Assembly: GCA_030390025.1 (NCBI GenBank)
Contig: CM059432.1
Span: forward strand, 48,300,001-48,364,000
Origin: Squalus acanthias
Taxonomy: Eukaryota
Direction: 5' to 3'
DNA: 64,000 bases
Every line of letters starts with the position of its first letter. Position 1 is the stretch's first letter. A program made the position numbers and the translations under genes. Under the pieces are notes generated by a model that saw only the letters and a list, made by a program, of their open reading frames with translations, did not search any database and was not told the DNA's origin. Shown here piece by piece: positions 48,921 to 62,652 of the stretch.

Positions 48921-50402
48921 TCCCTTTAAGGGAGGGAAGGAGTCTCAGATCCCGGCAGCGCTGCATGGGACATTGTGCAGCACTGCACCTCTACCGCCCC
49001 TCCTGCGTGGTTTAGCGCTCCAGAATTAAAATGGTAGCGCTTGATTTAGCGCTCCACTTCCTTCCTGGAGCGCTAACACCCAATTTAGACAACGCTGAGA
49101 ATCATTAGCCCCTGGCACTAATTTTTCCACCTTTCAAAATTTAGCGCCCCAAACGGGGCGATACCAAATTTCTCCCCCAAGATTTTTAATAAGACCCAGC
49201 AATGACAAGAAGTCTGTACTTCTTGGGTTGTCCAAAAGTTATTTCACTAATATAAAAACACTTTATAAATATATAAAGCAGTTGATAAATAGCTTATAAA
49301 ATATTGTCTGGTAGTGAACTGGGTTGTTTAGATTACTTTTAAAGCTCAGGGTTTCTCCTCTGTGTGTCATGAATGCAATTGTTTTTTTTAGAGAAATCAC
49401 ACTGACTTGGGTTAGGGAGCCTGGCTAATGGAGGCACAGTAGCAGAGACAGTGCAGAGCCAATGGTCCTCTACCCTTGATAGATGCTGTTTTGTGAGGCT
49501 CATCAAACAGCTTTGGGGCAGATGCTGACACAAAAGAGCCAGTGGTAGTTTGGGTGCGCAGAGACTGGTTGGTTAAGCGGGGAAAAAGTGTGGGTTGATG
49601 GAAATCTCCCTTAACAGTGGAATATCAGCTTGTGCACAGAAATAGTATGGGAAAGAATCTGGTGGGTTCTCAAAGCAATGCAGAGAAAGTATGGGAGATA
49701 AAGGGAGTACTTGAGGACACTTTATCAGCCACTATACTTGACCTTCTACCATGGGAAAAGGCTCATGGGAAAGCACCCGTACAGAACTGCAAGATGTTTA
49801 TTTCCTCTTTTTAAAAATTATGAATTTTACAGTTGCACGATTTTAGTTTAAAAAAGAATAAATGCTCATCATTATGCTGATTATTACTAAGTGGAGAAAA
49901 ATATGGTAGCGTGTAGCTTGAAAAATAGAAAACATTTGTTTAGCAGCACCACCCAGTGGCCAGAGCCTGCAACTGCAGAAGTCAGAGAGCAACTGCAGCA
50001 GTGAGTGTGCCAGACTGTCACAATATTGGAAAGTCCTATCAGGTTGAATTTAATAATAAAGCTGACGATCTCCTGTGGCGCAGTTCATGGGAGGTTGGAA
50101 GATGTGTCTTTTCCCCAAGTTCAGGAGGATTATATGTTACAATGTAGACTGTCTTAATTTTAGAGTGAAATACAAATTATAATAAATAAATGTGAGCAAT
50201 TGAAAACTGGCATATTATATATGGAAGATTTTATATAATGCTTTGGGGGGGAATGACAATCAAAATTAATAAATGTGAAATATATAAAACTGTAGTACTG
50301 TAAAATGTAAATGTAGAAATACATAAAATAAGACTATTTTTGTTATGTGTAAGGCATTGAGCATAAGGTTAATGTGGTAGTTTGTACATAAATCATACAA
50401 TA

Positions 50403-51847
50403 AAATTATTTCAATATTGTGTGTCAAAGAAAGGAGGGAGACAAAAAGCAGGAAACTATAGGCCAGTTAGCCTAACATCTGTCATTGGGAAAATGCTGGA
50501 ATCCATTATTAAGGAAGTAATAGCAGGATATTTAGAAAATCATAATACAATCAAGCAGAGTCAACATGGTTTTATGAAAGGGAAATCGTGTTTGACAAAT
50601 TTACTAGAGTTCTTTGAGGATGTAATGAGCAGGGTAGATACAGGGGAACCAGTAGATGTAGCGTATTTGGATTTCCAGAAGGCATTTGATAAGGTGCTGC
50701 ATAAAAGGTTACTGCACAAGATAAGAGCTCACCATGTTAGGGTAATATATTAGATTGGATAGAGGATTGGCTAACTGACAGAAAACAGAGAGTTGGAATA
50801 AATGGGTCATTTTCAGGTTGGCAAACTGTAACTAGTGGGGTGCCACAGGGATCAGTGCTGGGGCCTCAACTATTTACAATCTATATTAATGACTTGGATG
50901 AAGGGACCGTGTGTACTGTAGCCAAATTTGCTGATGATATAAAGAAAGGTGGGAAAGCAAGTTGTGAGGAGTACACAAAGAGTCTGCAAAGGGTTATAGA
51001 TAGGTTAAGTGAGTGGGCAAAAATTTGGCAGATGGAGTATAATGTGGGAAACTGTGAGGTTATCCACTTTGGTAGGAAGAATAAAAAAGCAAAATATTAT
51101 TTAAATGGAGAAAGACTACAAAATGCTGCAGTACAGAGGGATCTGGGGGTCCTTGTACATGAACCACAAAAAGTTAGCATGCAGGTACAGCAAGTAATTA
51201 GGAAGGCAAATGAATATTGGCCTTTATTGCAAGGGGGATGGCGTATAAAATTAGGGAAGTCTTGCTACAACTGTACAGGGCGTTGGTGAGACCACACCTA
51301 GAGTACTGCGTACAGTTTTGGTTTCCTTATTTAAGGAAGGATATACTTGCATTGGAGGCAGTTCAGAGAAGGTTCACTAGGTTGATTCCGGAGATGAAGG
51401 GGTTGTCTTATGAGGAAAAGTTGAGCAGGTTGGGCCTATACTCATTGGAGTTTAGAAGAATGAGAGGTGATCTTATTGAAACATATAAGATTCTGATGGG
51501 GCTTGACAGGGTAGATGCAGGGAGGATGTTTCCCCTCGTGGGGGAATCTAGAACTAGGGGACATAGTTTCAGAAAAAGGGGTCACCCATTTAAAACGGAG
51601 ATGAGGAGGAATTTCTTCTCTCAGAGTGTCGTGAATCTTTGGAATTCTATACCCGAGAGAGCTGTGGAGGCTGAGTCATTGAATATATTCAAGGCAGAGA
51701 TAGACAGATTTTTGAAAAACAGGGGAATCAAGGGTTATGGGGAACGGGCAGGAAAGTGGAGTTGAGGCCAAGATCAGATCAGCCATGATCTTATTGAATG
51801 GCTCGAGTGGCCGAATGGCCTACTGCTGCTCCTATTTCTTATGTTCT
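50403..51847 (+). mobile_element. CR1 LINE RT/3' portion
   Basis: NYRPVSLTS, YLDFQKAFDKV, PQGSVLGP, KFADD and CR1 tail. Confidence 0.95.
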
Positions 51848-53267
51848 TAATTTCTTTGCCCATTGAAATGCAAGTCTGAAGTTTGGGGATGGTTTGGGGA
51901 TGAATATTTGTGGTGGGGTGTATGAATCATTGGGGAAAGAAAGAGGATTTGGTGATGTCTGGGTGTTGAGCACAGAGAGGTTATTAGGATGAGGTCAAGT
52001 GCAAAAGAGAGAGTCTGGATAGTTATGAAGAGCATGGTGAGGGAAAATATTGGAAGGAAAGATAGAAATAATACATTATGGGGAGGAGAGTGATGAGGAT
52101 TTGTAGGAATGGGTTAAATCAGACTGTCCTGAAGTCTACTAATATTATACTACTGCTGAATTAGCAATTTAAGGTAGTGACCATTGAGCTGTTGAACCAA
52201 TGCTGACCGTACAGCAATGGTTAGTTTCAGGATTAAGTAATGAGGGACCTAAAGATGTGCCATTGCATTCTGGTTCCTAAAGTTTCAGATAACTAATCAT
52301 TTGATAACGAGTGCAGAAAAACAGTTGGTTCTGCAAAGGAAAACATCTGGGAACACATCATCCTTTTAAATTGGTGTACCAACGATACAGAAACAAAGAC
52401 TTATAATTAAAGGTTTCACTTGTTAGATTAACAATTATATATAACAAGAGCAAAGCTATTAATAAGAAAACAAAGTAAGGGAGTTATACCTATCTCGTTA
52501 GCCCAACGGAAAAGGAGCTTGTTAAGTAAGAAAATTAATTTATTAACTAAAGATATTGATAAGGGACAAGTTCAATTAAATTATCCTTTTATATGGAGTT
52601 GTATTTTAACTTTTGTAATGTCATGTAGTACAGAAATACGTGGAACGTCATCGAGAGGGGGTGAGAAAAATGTATTAAAAATGGCAGTCCGTAATGAGTA
52701 TTTTGATTCATAAAGGTCAAAGTTACTGAAATCAGAACTATAACTCATTTGAATCCCCAACCAAACCATGATCAGATGCAGTTGTAAGTACAATCTTTTA
52801 AGTGTATAAGTATTATTACATCTACTGTATGTTTAATAAATCTATGACACTTGACCTCAATGTTCAAGAACCTTATTGATTTGAGTTGATAGAGGATAGT
52901 TTTATTTATGACTAGTTGTTCCATGTGTGAATTTAAAAAAAATGGACAAAACCAGATCACAAGTAGTGGAACTGAGAAATAGAAACACGAAGTAAAAAAA
53001 AAACCCAGAGTGAGAATCTTAAAAATATACAAACACTGGGAATTAAATTTTTTTTAATTATGCTAAAGTGCCGCTACCACAACTGTGGGTCTGAAACAAA
53101 CAAGAGCCATATTTTTTTTTTAAAAGGCAACAGCAGAGTCACAGTTAAAAACACATAATGGGAGTAACAGTAAAAACAAGTACCTAACTACTGACAGTAC
53201 GACTAAAAGAAACACGTCATGAGGAGGACTTAAAGAACACAAACACCAGGAGTAAGTGTGGAAAAAA

Positions 53268-53728
53268 AAGACTTGCATTTATATAGCGCCTTTCACAACC
53301 ACTGGATGTCCCAAAGCACTTTACAGCCAAAGAAATACTTTTTGAAGTGTAGTCACTGTTGTAATGTAGTAAACGCGGCAGCCAATTTGTGCACAGCAAG
53401 GTCCCACAAACAGCAATGTAATAATGACCAGATAATCTGTTTTAGTAATGTTGATTGAGGGATAAATATTGGCCAGGACACCGGGGATCACTCCCCTGCT
53501 CTTCTTTGAAATAGTGCCATAGGATCTTTTACGTCCACCTGAGCGAGCAGACAGGGCCTTGGTATAATGTCTCATCTGAAAGACGGCACTTCTGACAGTG
53601 CAGCACTCCCTCAGCACTGCACTGGAGTATCAGCCTAGTTTTTTTGTGCTCAAGTCTCTGGAGTGGGACTTGAACCCACAACCTTCTGACTCAGAGGCAA
53701 GGGTGCTACCAACTGAGCCAAGGCTGAC
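53268..53728 (-). mobile_element. Deu-domain tRNA-SINE
   Basis: Reverse-complement match to 41347-41807. Confidence 0.85.
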
Positions 53729-53992
53729 ACACGCATGGGGAAAAAAATACAATAGTATGGGATTAAAAGTAAAACTTTGACAGCTGGAAAAATTACTGCA
53801 ACATTACAGCTCATTACTTGCCTCATGGAAAGGCTGTTGCTCACTCCATTTTGTCCACAGATTTATGTGTCAGCAGTTTGCAGGTCATTTTTGAAACCTT
53901 GGAAACCACTCTCACCACATTGTCACTCACTATCACAACATTGAGGGATTGGCACTCCGATCTCCACTTTACCTGCCATCTACTACATCAAC

Positions 53993-54975
53993 ATGGGTGC
54001 CGCTTATACTGTCTCACCTTGGTCCTCAGAATTGGACCAAGATGAGCCCCACCACCAACACCAGCAGCAGCAGTAACCACAACAGCAGTCTTCTCCTCAA
54101 CAACCTGATACTCCATAAGAGAGGGTCAACACAGGGCAGCAATGCGCTGAAGGTGATACCCCCAACACAGGGTATACAGGCAGAGGATCAGCTTCCTCAA
54201 CATAACTGAGCAGCAGTGCGTTAGGAGGCTCAGGCTATTGTGCCAGGTCGTTGCAGACATTTGTAGCTTGGTGGAACAAGACCTGCTGCCCAGAGGTTCT
54301 GGTGGACACTCCTTACCAGTGGCTGTCAAAACCACCACCGCCCTCAACTTCTTCGCCTCAGGCTCCTTCCAGGGATCTGCAGCAGACATTTGCGGGATCT
54401 TGCAGTCGGCCGCCCACAGATGCATCACCCAGGTGACCGATGCCATGTTTCACAAGTCAGTCAATTATATCAACTTTGCCACTGATGAAGCCAGTGCTAC
54501 TGAGTGGGCGCTTGGCTTTGCGGTTCTGGCTGACTTCCCATAAGTGCAGGCATCATCGACCGCACACGTGGCCATGAAGGCACCCCATCCTCACCCAGAA
54601 GTGTTTGTGAACCGCAAGGGCTTCCACTCCCTCAATGTGCAGCTCGTCTGCAACCATAAAAAGATGATAATGCATGTGTGCGCCAGATTCCCTGGCAGCT
54701 GTCATGACTCTTTTGTGCTGCGCCAGTCCACTCTCCCTCAGCTCTTCACACCTCCAACAGACTTACCGGCTGGCTGCTTGCCCGCTGCACAACATAGCGC
54801 AGCAGCGAGGATTGGAGCTGCAGGAGGAGTATGACACACAGCCTCTTCAGAGGAAGAGGACGAGCAGGTGGAAAACGAGCAGGAGGAGGTGGAGGAGGAA
54901 CCTGAGATGCAGGTGGCACCAGCAGCAGCGCACAATGCTGCCCGGGATGGCTTAATCACGGCCAGATTTACTTAG
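53993..54975 (+). pseudogene. Harbinger transposase of second element (stops, frameshifts, internal deletion)
   Basis: MGAA start; [46 protein letters not shown]. The GDKGY and IER regions are deleted. Acidic tail present. Confidence 0.9.
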
Positions 54976-55268
54976 CTTGCTCCAATGCAGCCACATGGTT
55001 GCCACTTGCTTCCTAAGATTCCCCCCCGCACTCCAACAACACCATAAATGACCAATCCATTCCTCTCAACTAAAGCCCCAATGCTCGAGGTTAAATCATG
55101 TCTCACCATTCATTCCAAGTGACAAAGCCACTTCCAAGGTTTGAGTCAAAAATGGACAAGACCCGGAAGTGGTGCAAAGAAACACATTTGTGTGTGTTAT
55201 CAAAGTAACTGATACTTAGCACTAACATTTTTTGATACACCCATGTGCATCTACTTTTGTCCCATTTT

Positions 55269-57210
55269 TCATTTGCGAGTGCTTCTACAATGTGCAACCC
55301 CTGTGGCTTCAGCAGAGGTAGTTGCAGGCTGCTCACTTACTTGCTGTGACTCGTCAGACACTTTTGGCGGACGTTCTCTGGGATTTGGAGCCTGTGATGG
55401 CCCTGTCAAACTCTGCTCCTCCTGCAACTGTGCAGGGGCAGACTCGGCCATTGGGATCCGAGGAAGCATGTGGGGCTCTGACTGAGGGGGAGGCAACGGG
55501 GGAGAAGTGGGAGTGCTTAGAGAAGAGCCCCCACTTCCATGTCCCTTCTCAGCATCATCCCTCTCATGGGCCACCCGCACTTCCCTGCTAGCAAGGAGCT
55601 GGAGAGCACCTTGCTGCACAGCAGTGGGGCGATGAATGCCCAAGTCAATGTTTACATCCCTCCTAGAGATGAGGTCTATGAGCGACTGCCATCTGCTGTC
55701 CACAGCTAACATGTGCTCATGTGAGTGGCGCATTGGCTGCTCCATGCAGGTGGCCATCCTTTCCATGGAAGAGCACATTATCGCCATTGCCTGCAACATG
55801 GTGGTGCTCATGCTGGAGATGGACTCCTCCATTCTCTGAACATTTGCAGACATCGCGGCTTCAAAAGATGCCAGAGCCTCATGCAATTGTTGCTGCCCCT
55901 CCAAGATCACCCTCTATCTCGATTGCCCCCCGAAGCTCAGCGTCTGCATGCAGCTCAGCAGAGCTTGGAGTGCCCTGCGCCCTACGGTGAGAAGTCTCCA
56001 CTGCTGTCCCTGTCAACACCACCTGCTCTTGCTCACTTGTGAATTGTGAGACACCAGGTGACAACTCTACTCTATGGCGCAAAGGACCCACTGAGGTGTG
56101 CGTATTTGTGCTGGTGCTAGCTGCGCTTGGGTCTGCTGATGGTGCAACCTCAGAGGCTGGAGTTCCTGTGAGGAGTCGTCTTTCTCCTCCGGCTGGACAG
56201 TGAGGGGGGTGGGGGGTACAGTTGATGGACCTTTGGGAGAGTAGAGATAAATTAGAAGTGTTATAATAAGAATGGATAATATTACCATTATGCACAAGAT
56301 GACATAAGAACATAAGAAATAGGAGCAGGAGCAGGCCATTCGGCCCCTCGAGCCTGTGCTGCCATTTAATGAGATCATGGCTGATCTGATGACATTTCAC
56401 TGGCTGCTGACATCAGTCACCACATGAGTGACTGTTGTATGCCATGTGACTTTATGAGACGTGATTCTGTCACCAGGTTGATGGGATGTCACCCTCTCTC
56501 CGTCTCCCACCGCCAGCAGCTCTGCAACTCCCGATATCTCAGGGGCCCCCTCCTCTGCTGCTGTAAGGTGTGTGAATACTGGAGGGCCACCTCTGGTTCT
56601 CTCCCCCTCTCTGTTGTTGTGAGCTCTTTTGTTCTGCAAGGAGGGAAAGAAGAGAACTTTGAGTGAGAGGGATGGAATGAGTGTAAGGAATGGATGGTTA
56701 CATCTGTAGAAGGTGATTATGAGGGAGTGGGGCACCAATGCCAAATGGCCTGCTTCTGTGGTGTTACTTGCTATGATTGCATTAGGATGAGGGTGAATGT
56801 GAGGGGTGGTTAGTCAGATGGGGATGCGAGTATGTACATAGAGGGATGGGTGGACCTGGAAAGTAGGTTGGTGTGAGGAATGATGCGCAGGAGTAGGCTT
56901 GGGAAGGCAGAGTGATGGGGATGTGTTGACAGGCACATCAGGATGAAGGTGAGTGTGGCATTGCACTCACCTTTCCTGACCTCATGAGATCATTGAAGCT
57001 TTTCCTGCACTGTATCCAGGTCCTCCTCACCACATCCCTGCTGCTGACCTCCTCAGTTATATCCAGCCAGGCTCTTTTTGTTTCTTGTGGAGGTCTCCTT
57101 TGCCTGTTAGCAGGGAAGAGGACCTCCCTGCCTGCTCTGACAGCCTCCACCAGAGTATGCAGCGATGAATCTGAGAAGCCTGGTGCTGCCCTCTGCCTTT
57201 GGCTATCCAT
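55269..57210 (-). pseudogene. Harbinger Myb/SANT-like gene of second element, 3 exons (57210-56971, 56633-56474, 56230-55269; frameshifted)
   Basis: MDSQRQRAAPGFSDSSLHTLVEAV...AWLDITEEVS...RTWIQCRKSFNDLMRSGK/GTGAG; exon 2 NKRAHNNREGERTRGGPP; canonical splice sites. Element right end aaaattccggc near 57505. Confidence 0.85.
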
Positions 57211-57580
57211 CCTTCCAAAGTTGTAACAGTACTGTGGCCTTTCTTTGTCACGTTCCACCCTCCTCTGGCAACCTTCAAATGAGTTGAGTGCAAGGCTGCT
57301 TTTAAATATGGGCGCTGGAAACGAGTCATCGATGATGTCATCAGACCCACACCATTTAATAGGGCCGGGAAACAAGCATGAGTCTTTCAATTGGGGCCAT
57401 TAAGTAAAAGTCATTCTTAACAACGCGCTGCTCAGAACATCGCGTTCCTGACCCGCTACGCGGCCCGCACGCTCCCAACCCGACACAAAGGTAAAAATTC
57501 CGGCTACTCTCTGAGTTTAATACACTTTCAGAAGGTTACAGAACACAGAACAAAAGCTACAACAGGTATGTAATCAGTAG

Positions 57581-58605
57581 TGTAACCGGTTTTTGCAGTG
57601 GCCAATTCCCTATGGCCCCTGCCGCAATCGCCAATTATTGTAAGTGGTTTCGCCCCGCCCGTAGCGAGCACGCAAACCCGCTTACTACAAGTTCTGGACG
57701 ATAGGGATTACTGAGGACAGATTTGAATATGGACAGTGTTTTCAGGGCTCACCCATACAGTGTTTATTAAGGTTGACAAAAACCACTCCACTCGCATACA
57801 GTACAAGCGGTGTGAACACAACAGTACAGTTTAAAACAGTACAACCCTGACTTGTCCAACAAGCCCCTGCCGTACTGACTTACCACAGCCTAAAAACACC
57901 CTCCCGTGAACTAAACTATCACAGGATCCTTCCAACGCTAAACCCCCTCTGGTTTGGTAGGAACATACAGGCACCCCCTCACACAGCTAAGTGATCTTGT
58001 GGGTGTGTAGACTTGGCAATGCTCACCTAGATTGCCCTTTGATCTTGCTTGCAGCTTCCTCCCGTATGTCTCAGCTACCTGGTTCCATACCGGCCTTGCG
58101 GCATGCGAATCCCAGTCTGAGTCGAAGTCCGTCTCGGTTGGAAGAGCAAGGCTCAGCTCCTCTTGACGTTCCGTTGTGTGGAGGGCAGGAGAGAGAGAGA
58201 GAGAGCGAGCTATCCAAACTGCTCTCTGATATACCCCTCCAATACACAGACCGCTGTCTGTGGTTTTAATGGACACATGGCCTCAGGGAAATGGTTTCCA
58301 GGCTTCCTCCCAGGTTTGGATGGTTTAGATCTCGTTTCGATCTCCCAGCCGATTAACTTAACGAGCTCATCTTCTCTAGAAACAATGAGTCGCCAGCCTT
58401 GCTATTCAAGACTTGGGAGTGGGCCTCTCGAGCCATTGTTCCCAAGGACAGTTCGTTACCATACGAATGCAACCTGGTTACGTCGGCCACCTTCAGCTTG
58501 AGTGGTTTTTCACTGCTTCCCCCCCAAACAGCCTGTCCAGTTTTTAATAAGGGTATACGTTCATAATCTAAAAAAAAATCCATGGAGTCTGCGCCGACGG
58601 CTACA
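57581..58605 (-). mobile_element. Solo LTR (Gypsy-like), 1025 bp
   Basis: TGTA...TACA ends with short inverted repeat tgtaaccg/cggctaca and 4-bp TSD GTAG. AATAAA on the minus strand near 57763 suggests the orientation. Confidence 0.8.
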
Positions 58606-58919
58606 GTAGTCTATCTTTTTTCTTTCACACAGACATAGCTCCTCTGTTTAAAAAAAGCCTGTTAAGCATTCAATATAAATGGTACCCGAAAAAAGATTTT
58701 GAAATTTATTCTCTAGCTTTTCTTCAAATCTTTTAAAAGAAACTTTTGAGCAGAAACTATTATTCAATTAAAGGCTGAATGGTACAGACGCATCTTGGGA
58801 AATTAGGTACACTTCACATGCTCAGACTGCACAAACCAAATTCAGCTCAGTCACAGCAAAAAATATCAAGTACAATCCAAGCTCAGGCTTTTGGGAGGCT
58901 GAAGCCTTCAAGTAAAAAC

Positions 58920-59300
58920 TTTACCGTGTCTGCAGTGTGTACCATCTACAAAATACACTGCAGCAGCTCGCCAAGGCTTCTTCGACAGCACCTCCCAAAC
59001 CCGCAACCTCTACCATCTCGAAGGACAAGGGCAGCAGGCGCATGGAAACACCACCACCTCCAAGTTCCCCTCCAAGTCACACACCATCCTGACCTGGAAA
59101 TATATCGCCGTTCCTTCATCGTCACTGGATTAAAATCCTGGAACTCCCTAGCTGCCTAACAGCACTGTGGGAGTACCTTCCCCACACGGACTGTAGCAGT
59201 TCAAGGCGGCGGCTCACCACCACCTTCTCAAGGGCAATTTGGGATGGGCAATAAATGTTGGCTTTGCCAGTGACGCCCACATCCCATGAATGAATAAAAT
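58920..59300 (+). mobile_element. CR1-type LINE 3' end
   Basis: Matches 14885-14975 joined to 15726-15978. Confidence 0.85.
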
Positions 59301-59476
59301 AATATATATATTATTGTGAAATATATGTAATTTAAAAATTTTTGGTTGGAGGAAAAAAATTTCACACAGCATTTTCAAAAGTTTGTGGGAACCAAGTGGC
59401 CAGTTTGTGCAATCACAAGGCGATATCCTCTCACTGTAAAATAATAACAACGGTGTGCGATATACATCTCTTCACT

Positions 59477-59513
59477 TCACCTGACGAAGGAGCAGCGCTC
59501 CGAAAGCTTGTGA
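59477..59513 (+). ncRNA. Minimal type I hammerhead ribozyme motif in a solo Penelope terminal repeat (about 59470-59600)
   Basis: TCAC-CTGACGA-A-GGAGC(AGC)GCTCC-GAAA-GC-TT-GTGA, followed by aataaa...tgttggactataacctggtgttgtgcgacttct shared with 48378-48420. Confidence 0.68.
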
Positions 59514-62082
59514 TTTCAAATAAAACTGTTGGACTATAACCTGGTGTTGTGCGACTTCTCACATTTGTCCACCCCAGTCCAACACCGGCATCTCCACATC
59601 GTGTGTGATACAGGCAGTGACAGGGAAATATGACACCTTTCGCTGTGAAAATATGCATCACTGCATCACTTATGGATTTTCAATTAAACACATGCCCCAC
59701 ATACCGAATTTTATACAGATATTACTGTAATCACTAATAAAATTTAACTGTGGTGTGGTAGATGTAATTCAATAAAATACTTGTGATAAACATCTTTGTC
59801 TCCTGTTTTACCCCGATATATTTGATCAGCTAAGAGGTATACCATACTTCAATGATCTTGTGCAGTAGTTCTGCTGCTGACAAGATTGTGGCTTAATCAA
59901 TATTAAATTGGTTTATGAAGGATAATTCAAAACATAGCAATTTAGGCATCACATTAAATTCTAGACAAAAACTTAAATCCCGATTCATTTTTCTTTTTAT
60001 TCGTTAAGTGAGGAAGGGAGGAATTTGTCTGAGAACTTCCCGCTGATGTGTTACATACTGGGACTGTTAATCCACTTTCCCAATATACTGCAAGCTGGTC
60101 AACCCATAATTAAATTTTTCTTCCATAATGTAGTGGTGTTTGGGATTTAAATTTAACATATGCCTTTCCTACAATATCTTTAAAGATGAAAACCTACACC
60201 TCAAGCAATGGATTTGTTTTTGTGCAAGTGTCTAAGGAGGGGAGCACATTATTACATTGAGCAGGAAATTGATTTGGAAACTCTATAAAGCAAGTACCTA
60301 AGAAACACAATGAAGCCCAGATGTTTGCAGGAAAGAAGACACCTTCATGTAAAAGACTTCTACAGAGTTACTTCAAAAAAGCTGTAGATATTGGAAGAGC
60401 TAACAAGAAAACTACGTTTTAGAAGCTTCACTTGATCAGTTCTTAGTTTGGCATGACAGTGAAGCAAGATACCCTAAGCTGCAGACTGCATACCCCCTCA
60501 AAGGCATCAACAGAAATACTACATATAGCTTAGCAGTAAATAGTCACATATCAAAGTGAGTTGTCCCTGAAAAAGCATTGTATAATTTGTACTAGGCCCA
60601 TGCATACACTTTAACCCTCCAAGTGTCTAATCCCTTTTGGATTTTTTTTCTGGGGGTGAAGAGGGGTAAAGGCACAGAACTCTTGTCATTAGATTTGCCA
60701 TACTTTTTCTTCACAGAATATCATGAATTAACCTACATCATAGCAACCTATATGTAGCAGTACTATCAGTAACAGGTTTAAATGTTCCAATTTTCAACCA
60801 ATCAGAAACTGGATTAATGAAATCTGACTCAATTGCATCACGACTACGAAAAGATGGATGTTTGTCCACTTTTTGGTGGATTCTGGGAATTTAAAAAGTG
60901 GAACTTGGGGGTAGAGAAGAGGAGGAGAAGGAAAGATTAATGTATAAAGTAAGGTATGCCAACGTCAGAGAATCAATAGGAAAATCTGATGATGAAATTG
61001 TGAAGAAAAACTGCAAAACATACAATAATTAAGAATAAATTTGCAAAGTCTAAACTTAAGTGACTAATTAAAGATGATGAACTTTTCATACTGCCACAAA
61101 CACTGTTGCTAAGGGAAAAGAAGGGTAATCTAGATGCAGACCTGACATGGGGCTGGGGAAGACTACATAATGGTGAAGTTGCAACAAGAGGAATATAATT
61201 TAAAAGCACACCATTTAGGTGGCAGGATGTTCATTTTACATAGAAGATCATGAAAAACTCAATATGCAATTGTAAAGCTTGTATGTCTAGAAAGTTTTAT
61301 CATTTCAAAATTGTATTATACATATGCAGAGGAAGGAACAAATAGATGATACATAAAAGTAATTAAAAAACACATTTTATTGAGATTAGTACAAAATTTT
61401 ATTTTTACACCTTTTAAATAAATAAAGCTTAACAAATTAATTAATGTGTTTACAAATACATTTATGAATGTTAAACCCATAGAAAAAATCAGATTAGTGT
61501 GTTCCCAAAACTGTAGCAACTATGTAGTATGGCACATTCATTTTATTTGAGTTTTTTATTCTGCTCCCCTCTCCTTTTAAAACTTCTCTCATCAAAACTC
61601 AAATCAATTTTCCTCCTCCCTAGGCCAGGGATGCAACCGGAAATCTTTCAGCTCTGCATGGCTTAGTATCACATTGTATGACACAGTTGCCTACTTAGCT
61701 AGCAACAGAGTGGATGGTTTAATTTTTTATACCAAAACTGAACAAAAAATCTAATTGCGTGAATGGAAAAGTTTAACTTGGATGAGAAGTTCTTTACTGC
61801 CAAATTAAGCTGTTACAAGGTATAAGAAGCTATACCTGTCAAAAGGACCATTTCATAAGTTTAAAATAAAAGTATATCCATAACACAAAGAAACTGGGAT
61901 CATGATGTAGTAAAATGCAAAAAAGACAATTAAACTATCCCATTGATTTCTGGCAATTTTACTCCCTTTCTACCCTATAGGCATCACTCATGCTGCTGTA
62001 TGGTTCCACACAGACAAATCCGCCAATACTTCACCCAAATGGCTATTATAGTGCCTGCATGCTATTCAGTTGTGGCAGGCAC

Positions 62083-62223
62083 CAAGTTCCCGTTAATTTT
62101 TTTTGGGTGCACGGTCCATTCAAAATACCGTGTATGCGCGGTTTTTCCCACTGAAAAGCTGGCAAGACGGCTGTGCGGGAGGTCCAGAGAGCTGCACGGC
62201 TGCGCGGCTTAAACGGAACATTA
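62083..62223. mobile_element. hAT-type MITE (third copy, diverged)
   Basis: Ends caagttcccgttaa and ttaaacggaacatta; 8-bp flanks gcaggcac/gtaggtac. Confidence 0.65.
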
Positions 62224-62619
62224 GTAGGTACCCCAGCCAAACCCAGTGATGTCCGTATACGAGTGCTTTCCAAGCAGGAGTCACTGTGTACAATGACCAT
62301 AAGTGGGAAGGCTTGCCCTCTAAGGACTCTTGCCCTAGAGGTTTTACCCTCTAACTTAGAGACAGTGAAGTTAACTGTGATGTCTCGATTTGGCTGAAAA
62401 TAGCTAACTCAGCACAAGTCAGGGATTGAGTTTAAGGTTCCACTAGTCTGTACCACTCAGTACCACATCACACTGGGTAACCAGCCAGAAGGAGATCTAC
62501 TATCCAGGCATTTAAACCGATAAGTTATTCATTTTCCAATCAGCAGGAATTTATTAACTTTTGGCTAATTATTCAAGGAAATGAATTAAATCTTAAGTCA
62601 GTTGATATGTAGCATGGAT

Positions 62620-62625
62620 TTTATT
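62620..62625 (-). terminator. Candidate LRRCC1 polyadenylation signal
   Basis: AATAAA about 28 nt after the stop; a second AATAAA at 62550-62555. Confidence 0.45.
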
Positions 62626-62652
62626 ATTATTGGATGTTTGTCTGTTGTAGTC

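Larger units (their letters stand above)
47859..49177. mobile_element. Non-autonomous Harbinger related to 3796-7947, opposite orientation
   Basis: Ends ggggctagaaattc and aaatttctcccc; flanks TAA/CAA; subterminal tgcgcctcccgttagc and cgcccc...ggggcg shared with 3796-7947. Confidence 0.8.
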
